Positions 22,649-37,600 of a stretch of DNA of 63,803 nt are shown one piece after another; the stretch's first letter is position 1; the number at the start of each line of letters is the position of its first letter. Origin of the DNA: Phoronis australis (taxonomy: Eukaryota > Animalia > Phoronida); assembly GCA_002633005.1 (NCBI GenBank), contig NMRA01000661.1:62001-125803 (forward strand). Reading direction: 5' to 3'. The notes under the pieces are model-generated. The model did no database searches, was not told the DNA's origin, and saw only the letters and a program-made list of their open reading frames with translations. Both the position numbers and the translations under genes were made by a program.

Positions 22649-25600
22649 CTGGAACAAAGGAAGTGAAATGGTGACGATAAAGCATACAGAAATATTGTTC
22701 AATGTAGCATAAGACATCATGGTAGATGAATACTATGAATGTTGGTTTGTGAAATTTCTCAAGCAAAATTAATTTCTTGAATATAAATGCAACACCGCAC
22801 CTTCTATTTCGCTGTAGCGCGTACGAACACTTGTCTTTATGATACATCTTGAACTGTTCACAGACGTGCCTCGCATCCTCATCCAAGTCTTCCAGCCTGG
22901 GAAGGTGGATGTTTTCAGCTCCGTACACCAAACGGCGCCACCTGGGGATGGTAGAGAAGAATGGTAATAAGGATAACAGGAAGCCTCTCACTACTCAAGT
23001 GAGATCAAATTGTGCAGTATGAAAAGCATGTGTTTGGATGGTAGAAAGCTGAAAACAGTCAATACACTGAACAAAATGGACACTCTACTAAGTTTTAGCA
23101 CACAAAATCACAGCTAACAATCCATTCCTTTTCGACTAGAATCCCTTTCAATTCTCACTAAAACTCGACAGGTCTTGCTCCATACACGTTGGCGAATTTG
23201 TGACAACTTACTGTGTATTAGCAGCTAGGTGCAATAATGTAACACAAAACTCTGACAAAATTTGGACTTAAAAGCTTGTCTTTGAGACAAATGTTACATT
23301 GAACTATCAAACAATTCTGGTAAGAAGTTTATCCAAGGTTAGCAAAGTATGTCAGTAAGTCAGTGCAGTTTATTTTGAAAACTTTCTTGAGGTAAGAAGT
23401 GAATAAATTATCAAAAACAAGACAGTATCATTACTTTCAGTTACTTTGTTAGGATATAGATCAGAAGATATTTGTGAACAAAGAATGCAACTGACTGATG
23501 ACAATTATTGCCATTTTCAAGAGTCCACAAAATGGACATTTAAGCTCTTGCCGAGTCCCGTCCTGAAAGCATGCAAAATGTTGAGAAATTTTGAAAAGTC
23601 AAAAGCTAATAACTAAATCAATTATTTTGCCCCCATCAATAATTTTTGGCAGTTACTATAAATGTTGCCCACACATATACACACTGTCACGTCTCCATAG
23701 TTGCCAGGTCTGACAGAATATTTTATATATACTTGAAGGAAGACCTATGTCCCATTTCGAAGATCATGTCTAATTCAAGTGAGCATGCTATTTCATCGTA
23801 CCCCTTTCAACACAGAATTTATAAAATGAAGAGAATATTTAGTTAACTTTTAAAAAAATTTTCATTTTCACGATAACATCTGAAAAGGAATAAAAGCAAC
23901 AGAAGAGTGTAAAACAAGTTCTCTTAACACCATACCATGCCATGCCACAAACTTGATGACGGCTATCAGCAATTAATATCTCTACTTTCTCTGCATTAAC
24001 AGGAGACAAACGGCTTGAAATGTGACTGTGCCTTGTGAAAAACAGTCCTTTTAAACCATGCATAGTTATACAAAGCCATAACTGTGAATATGGTTAATGA
24101 GGCAAGCCAGTTTAGAACGCGACAGTGTGTTGTGAAAAACATGCTCTCTGGCACCAAACAAAGCCATAACCCTGATGGCCCATAGATGAACATATTTTTC
24201 TCCTCTTCACTAGATGGAGACAGCTAGCTTTAGTCCCGACTGTCTTGAGATAATCATGCTAACACCAAGCAAAAGTACAACCTTTATGATGACAACAACC
24301 GATTCACAATAACTGTGCCCAATGTAATGCAGTGCTCTAGAAAACCATTATCAAGAAACTTGGATCGACAATTGATGATCCTGTCAAAAATGATTGACGT
24401 CAGGTACATGTACAGCGTGCAAGTGCGCAAATACAACACTGATTGATGACCACAACATCAGAATACCTGGACGAAGACAATTTTGAGTTTAAGTGACTGG
24501 TATTGTTCAATGATGTCCTGATGTACACCAGCCTTAAACAATAGAGGAAGCCAACTTTCATAGACAGGCACTGTGTCTTCACAGTAATTTTTAACTCACA
24601 CAGTGTATATCGTGGAAGAAATTGGCCAGGGAATAATTTGAACTTTGGCAGACAGTGTACTGAGTGGCCGATGCTCCCGGTAATCTACATGTATAGGTCA
24701 ATGCCACAGAGTTGGCCAATATGACCATGCTTTGCCTGGAATGTCACTGGATCAATATAGCAAGCTTTGTCTGACGGCGACTGTAAGTTCACTAGTACTA
24801 TTGATGTGACACTCAACCTATAGGTATAAACAATATTGCGGCGCATCCGCACACGGTAATCTTCTTAAAATGCAGCAAACATTACACAGAAAGTCCGTCT
24901 GAACCATTGAAGATGTCTATAAACTTCACCAAGGAATGATACTGTTACTTCAAATGACTGTATTTTGTAATGCTCATTTCAAGTCTTCACACAAAAGTAC
25001 ACCCACTAAGAAGATTTTGTGACATTCAGCGCTATTAAGTTTAGACAGAAAGTAACCGTTTCTGATGTTACCCCAGTGAAATGTAAAATAATCCACAGTT
25101 ATCAAGTAACTTAAAAATAGTTTTCTCTGTGTCAATTACTGTTCCCTTGACCAGTATCTCTGTAACGATAGAAAGTGACGTAGAACACCACAGCCTCTTG
25201 GTTCTTCATTCACTTTCATAGGGGAAACACATAAGCCCTGTACACACTGTGTCCAATAGGCAGTAGGACGTGAAGATAATGCTGAACCAAGATGCGGGAC
25301 CTTTGCCAGGCCATTTATGCCACTTTCTATTATTCAATGCAAACACACGCCAGGGGAACAGTTAACACCGAAACATGCATTTAAGAACCAAATCCTAAGA
25401 TTAGTTTTCCAAGATACTCATGGATTCTCTTTACTGAACGTAACATCAAAAACTGTACAACGCCTTTTCCTTCTGCTTATTATAAGTTGCCGTGAATGTA
25501 CGCCAGTATTAATACGCAAATATCAAAATGTTAAATGTTCGTGTCAAGTTCGTCAACATCCCTTACCTTTTCACGCATGGAATTATGATCAATTTCGTAT

Positions 25601-28600
25601 CCAGTCCAAAAACAGCAAAAACGAAAAATGCCTGAAAAGAGGAAACAAGTTAAATTCAAGGGACAAAATACAAAAAATGCAGACCAAAAGGGAAAAGACA
25701 AATTTCCACCTGCCACTTTATCTAATTCTCAAAACTTCCACTTAATTCAGTTTGTAGTTATGGGCAGCATTAAAGATGTTTATCTTAAAATTTTCAATAT
25801 GAACACCATAATATTGCAGACAAGCAAAACATTAAGTGTTGAACAAAGCAGTGCTAGTCTCAATTCTTTCTAAAAATTAGTCAATAGTAACTGTTAAGTC
25901 TCATCAAGAGTGTAGGGGCAGTTAAAGAAGCTTAAACCCATGATTTAGGCCAATTGCTGATGTACAAATTAATGGTCTTATCTTGTTTAGAAATGAACAC
26001 TGGGCTCAGGAACAACTGACAGTTCGTAAATTTCTTCTAACTAAATTCCAGGTCACCATGACCTATAAGTTGACAAACTTAAGGATTAAATAAAGACCAC
26101 TTTCAGGTTATGTAGGACCTTAATAAAAAACCTCAACTCTGAAGTCAAATATCTAAAAAACTATGATTTGTCAACCATAAAAATATATTTTTTCTGAAAG
26201 GAGAAAGATTGAGGACTCTAAAAATATGCTCCTTAAAACTGTGTCTTTGTTATTTTCACGTGATAAGTCAAAATTTTATGTGCAAGACTGCCAAATAACA
26301 CCCCAGCCACATTCACTAAAACTTTTTTGAAATGAAAACTTTACGTTATATGTAAGTCGCTCAAAAACGCTTTTAAGAATTTTTGATTATTCATTTAGTT
26401 CAGGTTTTATGCGAAATTAACTTACAAAACACATAAAGGCATTTTTGTAAAAAAAACAGCAGACTTATTCATACATCACTTAGTATGAGTATGCGGAAAC
26501 TAGACATTTTGAAGCAAAATTTTGTAAAAAATCAGCGTTCTTATTCGTATATCGCTCGGTACGCAAAAACTAGGCATTTTAAACTAAAAATTCCTAAACA
26601 GTATTTTAAGACTTAACATAATAGTAAAAATTGGCTTGGGGGTTATTTTGCTAAGAATGAAAATTTGACTGAAAGACGTGATCATGTGACAATAATAAAG
26701 ACACAATTAGTAAGGGGCTTATTTTTAGAATTAGAAAACAGACAATTGCCGCACAAATAAAGAAGTTCATATTAACTCAACGTTTCGTCTTATTCAGCAA
26801 GACATCACCAAGTTATGTACAGTAGGACAACAAGTGTCGATATTCTATCAAGTCACATCCATGTGGTGAAATGAGAGATAGAGATACAGGGAAAGTAGGC
26901 GGGTCATCACCATAGTTGCAGGGTCACTGAGGTCTGCATGTTATTGAGAGAATCAGTAGCATGCTGATCCTGAATGGCCAATGACTCCTTGATATACAGT
27001 AATTCCTTAGCATGTTCTTTACAAATAATACTGACTGAATTGGCTTGATGGTTGTTGCTAATACAATGTCTATAAATGTTACTTTTGTCAGATGTGTTGT
27101 GTTCTTTCAGCCTGTCACAGAGGCATCAACAGCCATCAAACTTCTTCATTTGTGTGGCAATTGTCCACTTTCTAATCGTACTTTGGCCAAAAAATGATGT
27201 AATATCATTATTTTTAGAATCCTCGATCTTCCTCTTTTCAGAAAATACATAGTTACTTTTAATGATTGCCAAAGAATATACATGTAAGTGATATGAATCA
27301 AAAATGGATATTTTACATGAAAGGCCAGTAATGTTAACTTTATAGCTGCTTTATTATTTAAAAATCAAGTCAGACACTAACAATAACATGCTCCCAATAA
27401 CTGTGTTTGCATTCTCCATGAGTTTTCCTGTGAGCAATTTTCATTTTCAATAATACAATTTCTTCTCGAAAAGTAGGCTAGCATTTAGTTTTTATAATGG
27501 TTGCTTAATAAAAGCATAGCTGAGCTTACACACAGTCAGGGACTTGTAAAATAAGGGTTTTCAATGACTCCACATTCTTTATATTTAAATGAGTTTTCCA
27601 TTCATAGAAACTATGAGTCAAACTTACATTAGTTGGACGTCCATAAGTAGGATTTTTGCTTAACATGCAGTGGCGACTTCAGGGGGGNAAATTCACCCAG
27701 ATTCCATTTGGCAGTTCGGGGTGCCAATGTCTGATGGGCAAAATCCTGGCTAATATTCTGCCCTGCAAACCCAACTCGCATAACTCTGACAAAATCTCTC
27801 AGTGCCGTTGGGTCAAATATCAGGAAGTTATACTGTTTCCCATGTCTTCCATGAGTCAGAACCACACACAACTGTCAAACAGAATGCTGAATAGTCACAT
27901 ATTTCCAAGAATTATACCAACTAGAAAGTGTTTCTTTGCATTCACTCTCACCTGTCCAAAATTAAAGAAACAGTCCAGAAATTCCAGTTCAATAAATAGC
28001 CCCGAGGAGTCTTCATGGAACAGTCGCCAAAAGCACAGGAAAAGAGCCTAAGGACCAATAAACATCGATCATGAGACAAATGCATTCAAACTACAAGAAA
28101 CTTCAATATGCTGTGAGCCATAATGATTATGAAAAGAACAATTTGAAAAATATTGACACCAAAACACAATAACCCATTTTAGGCTTTCAGAACTCATCTA
28201 AAAATCATAATTGCTGTAAATGAAAACTTAAACTTCAAGTAAAAAAGTAAAGGACAGCATGAAGATTACTTCCATTTCACTTGACGTGTCAAAATGGAAA
28301 TAAACAAGTCAATGGTAACAAACTATCTTGAATTGAAGCGTCTTTCCAAGATTTTTAATTTCTTCAGTTGGACAGAAAGAGCTTCATGAACGAGATGGCA
28401 AACATTCCAGGATAAGCTTTTCAGATAAATATAATGATTATTTTAAAAAACCAACAAGGATCATGTGCATGCCGGATTTGGAAACAGTTTGGTGAAACTA
28501 TGTTTTTTAACAACGAAACAGAAAATGAAAAGAATCTGTCACAAACTTAAGGAATTATCAAAGAATTCAAGATTTGGTAGTTACACAAATATCAATATTA

Positions 28601-31600
28601 CATTTTTATACCAGACTTTACTAGACAATGCAACGCTTTGATCAAGAGCAAAAGAAACCAACAAGGGGGGCAGACGCGCTCAGCTAGTCCCTGCCACTCA
28701 CCACTTCTCACACCACCACCATCATCATTAATTTCAAAACCCCTTAGTCATCACAAATTCCATGATAGCCCTCATCCCTGCTAATTACAGGTACCTCCCC
28801 TTCGCCTACAATTAGGTCAAAGACAGTAACCATTAAGCAACTCACGATTCCCATTGAGACGATGAGTAGGAATAGCAGGACCAGGTGATGACCAATCTCC
28901 TCATCCTTGGTCTGGCTGTTGATGACACTGTCAGCCTCACTACCAACACTGTTGAGTGTATGGTACTTCTTCAACAGACTCCGGCACTCCTGACGCTGTG
29001 CACAGTAAATGAGAATAATTAAGACAAAAACGTAGAGTTTGAACTCCACAGAAGCGACATTCATTTTAGAAAAACATGCGTCTACAGCAGTTTTCAAAAA
29101 AAAAACCTTACTTGACATTTTTTAACTTCAAAGAATTTACGTTCTTATTTTCAAAAAAAATCAGCGTTAGTCAGTTTCCAGATGGATTGTTGCCATGACT
29201 TCGAAAAACACACACAAATTTCGTCAAAATTCACCAACTCTTATGAACGCCACCTGTGGGTATCTATAGTAACAAAATACGTCATCATCAGCTTAAACAA
29301 ACAAGCTTTACAAAGAAGTTCACTATTGTTAAGAATCTCTGAAGACAGAGGACACTTTCGAGTGGCATATTTGGCTTAACTTATTTGTAAATAACAGGGC
29401 TCTGCGTGCATGAAATTTTACAATGGCCTGAGAACATGAAGCAATACCCAGTCACGTCACGATATAATTTTAAATGAGCACTGTGATTGGCCAGTTTTCA
29501 ATAGTGGAGTCTCTAGCTAGGTTTGATGACCTCCGGCTCAGTTGTGTGATTAAACTCCTGGCCCAGCGACATCAGAGTTTCCCATTTTTTAATGTATTCA
29601 TACTAGTTCTCCTTAAACCTATCATCTGTTTGAGCACGCTTTTGATCATCACATACACCTCACTACCTTTTAATAAAAAGTAGCCATCTAACATCAGCAA
29701 AAATAGGTGGACGGCTACTGGGATTATCAACCTGAAATTTTTTTTTTCTGCTGGATTCCTGGTGCAACTGAGCAGTGGAGATGCCATGATGTAATCATGG
29801 AGAGTAGAGACTGTTGCAGAGTCAATTATTAGGAGGATACAATTCAAGCTTTGATCAAGGCCAACAATGGGAAGGGCAGTAACAAAGCAAGAATCAGTAA
29901 AAATAACACTACACGCTCACAGTAAATGCCAAAATAATCAGACAAAATTCCCTTTCTACAGGATGAAGGGTGGTAACCAGCCATGGCTAGTTACTTCAGT
30001 CAGTCTGATGGGAATCTCAGCTTACCCACAGACATCAAGACATGGATCTCTGGGTCACTTTGTCTGGTTAATTTTGCAGTACACTGTGGTATGGTAGTGG
30101 ATTGGGTGATCTGAGGCCACAAACATCAACAAGGCACAGTAATTTGCGGATTGTCAAAATGCCACAAAAGTTCATACTGTTATGATGGACGATTGTCAGA
30201 TAAAAGCAACTGTCACCAATAAGCAGGCAAAACTCTGCTCAATATGCACAAGACAAGTTGGAAATAATAATCCTTCCTTTTTGGTTCCCTTTTCGAAGCT
30301 AGGGCGATGGCCGTTAACGAGTAAAATCATCATACTGGTAGTCTTTTTAATTTTTTAAGCTGGAGGGCAACAGCTGTATGCAGCTTTTAAAGCAGCGTGC
30401 ACTGAACAAGTAACATAATCAAAACTTCTCAAAAGCAGTAGAATGGATGTGTAGACAAATCAGGACTTGGAAAAATGCTAAGCATGCTTGCTTGCAATGT
30501 TACGTCTTAACACAGTCCATTGCTTGAGCGGAGGCAAAATCAACCCCTCACCTTTATATGTCTTATGATGGGCACAACACACTGCAAAGGGAAACACCTC
30601 AAAGCTCGAGTGATTGTCTGAGTAAAAGGACTACGCAGGTGGACAAGAAAACAGGGTACATGTGTCAGGTATCAGCATGGGACTGACTGGGCAAATGAAA
30701 GATCATACTGAGCCAAATTGAACTCTGGTACAGTGGACACAATGCATGTGTCTCTCACTAACAGAGAAATGTGGCCACAAGCAATGGGTTAACAAAACTC
30801 ATAAACACACAAAGTTATAGACAAAGAAACACGAGTTAAACAATAATTAGTACCAAACATTGTCAACACGAGAAACTGGTTTAACCTGTGATAATGCCAC
30901 GCCTTCAGGTGATACACAAATTCTAAGAACAGAAAAGAAAACATAACCTTAAGGAATATTTTTAAAATCAGGAAAAAAGAGGGAAGACAATCTCAAAGAT
31001 ACAGTCAGGACAATCAAAAGTGTAATAACATAAGACAGAAGTGAAGACATATAGAGCAGATGATGAATGAGAGGACAAAATGTGTAAGACATGGGAAAAC
31101 AAAAAATAGGAAATAGGAAAACAAAAAATAGGAAATATAAAAGAAGGATGTTGACTATAATAAACAACCCAAAAGACAGTTGTAAAATCTGACGTCATTG
31201 TTGCAGGCATGTCCGTGTTCAATAGGATATATCTGACAATTTGAAATCTGAGGAATTTTGTTATAGAGAGAGCGAGAACACGGTTTCATGAAAATGTGCT
31301 GGTCAGAAAACAAATTAAAGTTAATTAAAATGAGTGACAATAAGCAGTGTGGTTTCCGGTTTCAGAAACATGGTTTAAATTAATTTTGAAAAGTTAATAG
31401 GACTGTTAAAAACACCAGTCCTTTTAGTGGATCACAATTATGGTATAAATATTAGATGAGCAGGAGTCTGAATTCTATACCTGCATGATCCAATGAAAAA
31501 TAGTCTCGAACAGACCACTTATTGAAACATTTCGAGTGAAACGGGCAAGCTAAAAGACACATAATGATGACTTTTCAAATCTACATGATTGTATGCACAG

Positions 31601-34600
31601 CACCATAAAAAGATCCCAATCTCTAAGCCTGGCATCCATGATGCCAGCAAGTACAGTGAGTTGCAAAAACCATTATAAAGGGGTGTGCAAACCTGTCAAA
31701 AACTAGGCCACTGTATGGTAAATGCCAATTGTCACATGAATTCCTATTATTAGCAGAAATCACAATGGCAAAGAGAACTTTGAGACAAGTTTTTGAGAGG
31801 TTATGACTTGTTTTCCATTTTAGGTCACAACTGGAAATAAAACATAATAATTGTAGACAAAACATAATAAAAATAATACTGTAACCATTCAAGATCAGTG
31901 AACGACTACTAAACGTAAGTTTTGTGATTTTTGTTTTCTATTTCTTTCTTCTTTAAACATTGTACTCTCACCGTAGCACAAAGTTCTTATGATATATAAA
32001 TCAAACGTCCAGGAATTTCCCACTGAATACGTCCGTTTCTCAACTTCGTGCAAATCAAGAGCGAAAAACAGATGGTAACTTTACTTTTTGGAGCAGTTTA
32101 TGAACGAAGAGGAAAGCAAAGAGGGAGGACTTAAAGATTGGAAGGGAATGAGGAAAAACACAGATGGGACGTAATAAACATGAGCAAAATGGGAACTGGA
32201 AAACAAAGGACAAGAGAATAAAAGCTTGAAGAAAAATTACCACAACGAAAGAACTGAGGATTAAATAGAACAGAAACGGACCATGGAAGCAGTACAAAAC
32301 AAGACCACATATTAATAACTCGAAAAAACTGATAGGGACTTAAGAGGACAAATCAAAAGCAGATCAAGATGTGGACTATTCCTAACCAATGACAATTTAT
32401 ATGTAATTTTAATAAGATTTCACCTGTGTGTTCCTGTGGAGACACTCGGACATATGCTGTTTTCTTTGCTCGTACGGTATACGGGGAACACAGGGTACAA
32501 CTTTTCCAGACACTCGAACAATACCCCAATGTTTACAAAAAATATTCAAATATTCCTCAACTGTATAACAAAATTAATTTTTATTCTAAATGGATGTAAA
32601 GAACTCCACCCAAGTGAAAATAGTATCAAAATTTATCTCTTTGTGCCAGTCGATAGAATTGTATACAATCATGTAGAATAACTTATTTTGTATGGAAATA
32701 ATTTATTTACATTTCGTAATCATACGTCATTGTAATCTTAACATCAGTTTTTGAATTTATGTATTTGTGTATAATAATTGTATATTACTTGAATGTATGT
32801 AATAAATACAATGTCATGCTTCTTGGCACTTTCTGGTATGTATATTTATTGTACTTGATATTTCATAATAAACACAAAAGATCTAAAACAGGATGAGAAA
32901 CATAGTTAGGAAATAAATTTTGAGGTGAAGAAAAAAAACACAAGTTTGGACAGAATGAGAATAACACAAAGAGTTTGAGTCAAAACAAAGTGCAGACGAT
33001 AAAAGTAAGACCACGGTATTGCAATTGATTTCGATACTCCTACCATGTTTTACACCCAACAGATATTGACATTATGCGAACTCAACAAAACACGAATTAC
33101 AGAAAGATGCAATTAATGCATTTCCTCTCCTGTGTTAGTGGTGTTGCTGACATTACGACTAACAAAAAGTGTTGGGATCATCTTGAACCAAAGCAGCTAA
33201 TGTCTATTATGAACGAGAAAGACAGTCAGTAAACTTTGACAACAGCAGACACAGCAGATGACAAAAGTAATCAATAAAAGACATTGTTTCCCCATCATTA
33301 AGGCTAGCTTAGCTGACAGCAAAATGACTGGTAATTACAGCGGCAAAATTCCAATTGCAGAATGGCTTAGCCACGTTTAATTTATTGCCTTTCCTATTAA
33401 TTTTTCTCTTCATTCTCAGTCATAAAGTAAGAATAACCTGACGATGGATTTGGTTTCCACCCAGCTGTCATGAATTGCGGGTCGTTTTGCCTGAGTGTAT
33501 ACCTTTGATGTGTGCAGCAAAAAACTTTAAATAGGCCAGACAATTTGAACACGAAACCAGACATATACGGATATCACGACCATAATTAGTATCTTATTCA
33601 AGAAAATCCTGGACGCAGGGTAAAATTCTTNTTGTGCCAAATATTTCAACTCATTGCACAACTAAATAGCAGCTTTAGTTCAAGAGTGAACACATGTTTT
33701 TTCCAAGCGTAAACTTGACGTTTGACATACCTGGGGACAATCAGCAGGTGAGCAAAGTTCCTAGTAAACAAGCATCGAATGTTACTTCTAAAAACTCGGA
33801 CAGAGTGACGGCATTCTTTGGTAGAATACAATCTTTTGTTGACCATAAAAACACACACATTACATGCTATCAATAGTGACACTAAATAAAAGATTTATGA
33901 ATTCATAATAAATAATTTTTAAATTGGTCAGGAACAGAATTTCTAAGTAACCCTGGAGCATACTTGTTGCACAGATCTCAAAATCACTGCGAAAAAGCTC
34001 AAAACATAACACAACAACAACAAGTATGGGCAAAATAGCAAACAGGTTATAATTAGCAGTAGCCATTTTGTGATATTCATAGCAGATGCATATTAATAAA
34101 ACACGCTTTGTCACCAGATGGCGATAGAATAGTTAATGGACAGCAACCTGCGCTCTTGTGTGGCGGTTTCATGCAGTGGGTTATCCCAGCGTTTCATTAC
34201 AATTTTTTATGACCATCATGTCGTCAAACTGTCACTGATGAGCTGTGGAATAATTAAACCACATGGAACTATCACCAACAGACCCATACCTTTTATTCCG
34301 GTCAACAAACTCTGAGAAGTTGTGAAAACAGAATGTCTAAAGGCCCTTTCATATTAACTGAACTCCAGTCTGAGTTCGGAGCGTCGACATAAACAGCTCA
34401 GTTAACAGGACCGTCCGTACTCGCTTCGGTAGTTAATGAACATCGAAGTAACTAGCAGTTGGTGCGGCTGTTGTCATCGAAGTTATCGCAAGGTAGCAGT
34501 GCACGCCAACATTTTTTTCAAAGTTTCAATTTGGAGACATTTACATGTGCTAAGTGATATTAAACTTATTTTTAAATCGATTGGTTATTATTAGAGAAAA

Positions 34601-37600
34601 ATATAAGCAGCTATTAGTGACGGCACTACCTTGTAACTGTTGACGATAACAGTGGCACCTGGCGATAACGACCATTGGACTGAAGTTAAGGGTTCATACT
34701 GCACCGCAGCGTCGACGTTGCGCTATTAAATCCACCTGTTAACTGTGATGTTAACTGGAACTGTTAACTGCGATCCACGACAGGGGTTAAGCGGACCACA
34801 ACTCCCCAAACCATCGACGCGCCAACGTTAGTATGAAAAACCCTTAAATTACTCAGCTAAGGAAGCACATCTCTCTCACCTTGATCTGCACAAATGGCCG
34901 AAAACTCTGCACCCAACATATCAAAATTTTGTTGCCAATCTTTGTAAAAAGCAGGTAAGATTGATTTCCTTCCCTGTCTCAGATAGCAGATAGTACACAA
35001 CCATGACAGTCTCAAGCAATGAGCATGGTCATGTTGTCCTATTGAATAAGATCGAGTAGCAGAATTCCTCCACTATCAGTCTGAATATAGCCAAGTTGTC
35101 TTATCGCATAAGAAGTGTGTATGTGATCCTACACTCACTGCCCACTCACCTGTGCCTTTGAACACTGCCTATTCACACACATACTTTGGTTAAGGGAGCC
35201 ATCATCTACCATCCCATCATCTGTATCAGATGTCTGCATGTCACTCCATCGTACAATGTCTTCAATACTATTACCTGAACAATAATGAGTAAAAGGTTAC
35301 TTCGACAAATCTAACTACTGACGTCATGAAAACAGACAACACCCGACCTGATGCCCATGCACAAAACAAACTAACAACTGGGGTCTGTCACATGAAAGTG
35401 ACCTAAGACAGAAATGTGGCCTTACACTCGCCATAATTATTTTGAAAAATAATTAGAACTGACAGCAAAAGTCTGAAGTTTCTGAGACTAACACCATATC
35501 ATAACTGCTACCCAATGAGAAAACTTGTACAAAGTATTTCCAGGCAACGAATTGCTAATGACTAAATGGCAAAACATTTACTCAACCACTGAGAAGTGGA
35601 AGCTCAAAACAAATTTCTGACCTTTCACCTTTGACCCTATGCATACTTAAAACCCAAGTGAATTGAAGCATACACAATCTTATGTCAGTTCAATAATGAT
35701 AAAAATGAAAAGACAAGGAAAACTTTGATCACAACACCTGCTGAGGCGAACGCTATGAGTTCCAAATAACTGTTGTGACGAACATCAGACCAACATGAAT
35801 TGTGCACTCTTAATAAAACGTGTACATAGTGCGTAATCATGCGACGTATGATAAAACTTAACACAATATTGCTGCCAAGTAAAATTCTATTTGATTAACT
35901 TCCTGCACAAAAATATGGATTAGGAAAATCTTAGTCTAATACAGGCATATACACTGTATTATAGTGTGCAGGTGGCATAAAACATTTGATGAAACTCTAA
36001 CTGTTATTTGCAGGTAATCCGCCTTTGAAAAATGAAAAAATAACCATTATTTGGTAGTTTTGTGCAAATTAAGTGGAGAATAATCACAAGCATTCCAACT
36101 TACCCCCAGTAGCATTTTAAAAAACAACATCGTGAAACAATTTTACTTAAAGACACCAATTAGCATTGGCACATTAAAATGTCAACAACAACACATTTCA
36201 AAAGATCATTATCAAGGTACCAGCTAAGACACCTACTCCGTCCGGTTCGTGGACACGCTTGAATGTCTCCAATGGAATCTTTTGATTGCTTCTCTTTGCA
36301 GCATGCTCCATAGTCAGTGGTGCCACCTACTGTCAACCAGAGACAGCTTACAGACCAGCAAACACAACATCATTTGGGAGAATGAAGTTTACAACACAGG
36401 GGAACAACAGCAAATGATTGATGATCGCCTACGCATAGACCAGAGCAGCCATTCATACTTACTGGACTTAAGCGGTGTCCTACAGTGAGCCTCTGTTAAA
36501 AATGAATAATTGGTAAAAATAAAGACTTGGCTTAAGGTTAATTATGACCTTGTGCAGTTAGCCAAATGTCTCCAAAAGTACACACTAGTCAGTTTGACTT
36601 CGGTACAAATACATATTTTCTGAAAGTATTAAGTCTGTTTAATTTGCTTTTTACTTAATACCGAATGAAACTGCCCGCAATTGAATGACACGGCCATGGG
36701 TCATTTTTAATAAAAATTCTAGTACTTAAGCGTTTTGGGGAACAGTGCATAAAGTTTCATATGAAATCCAATTAGATGTTTCTGAGATACGATGTTTCGA
36801 AGTTGGCCAATTTTGTACATTCTGTTATGGACCTACACAACCTTATGAGTATTTCTACATGGAAGCATGATACATACCAGCAGCCTCGTTCTGCGTACAA
36901 TGTGACCTAAACCCTTCCCAATTACACCCACAGCTTATTATTTCAACACATTATCATTGCTAGTAAAGGCAGTATAATTATTTCGAACAACAATAGAAGT
37001 CTGAGCAGGACGAGAACACTTTTATGACCTGTACAACATCTGAACACAGTGACGTCAACATACCACAAGCACCAGACTTCTCTGATGCCGGTGTATCCTT
37101 GTCTCTCTCATTCTCCAGCGTTTCGTAGTTCTTGTGTTTGCGGTCATTTCGTTGTTGGATTATTAGTGCCACCACAGTGACAACTAACGAGGTGAAGATG
37201 ATGATGGCGGAGATAATCATCTAAGATGAAAAAAATTTTTATCACACAACAAAATTACTATGGCCCTAGTCAACAAGTTGACCACACATGCCCTAGTGAG
37301 TGCACATTAAGTTTTCGCACCTGTCAAGCCACTTAATAAACAGACTCTCAAGATGTACATAACAGAGACACCTATTGGTAATGCTGGCGTTTTTCATGCA
37401 TGTTAAATAACAAGTCAATGGAAGAAAGAAGACAAACCTGTGGCAAGCCATACTGGAATGCTACATCAGAAGTTGACCACTGGGGGGCAGAACATATCAG
37501 CAGCAAACCTAACATAATCAAAACAAAATAATGTCAAGACAAATATCTCTTCTTTGTTTCAATACCAGACAACTGGAGTTTCTAAATCCAGATATCAAAT

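Larger units (their letters stand above)
26100..27290. mobile_element. Non-autonomous DNA transposon with long imperfect inverted arms, interrupted by a Penelope insertion
   Basis: 26185-26280 is the reverse complement of 26648-26731 joined to 27221-27250; two-copy about 75-bp internal tandem at 26440-26590. Confidence 0.65.

Noticed and set aside
30949-32300. Hydrophobic Phe/Leu-rich ORFs on - (30949, 30968, 32055)
   Set aside because: Arise from A/G-rich low-complexity intronic DNA; the GPR155 model is complete without them
34232-34270. CTGATGAG-CTGTGG...CCACA hammerhead-like motif
   Set aside because: GAAA box not correctly placed and no stem I/III or cleavage triplet found
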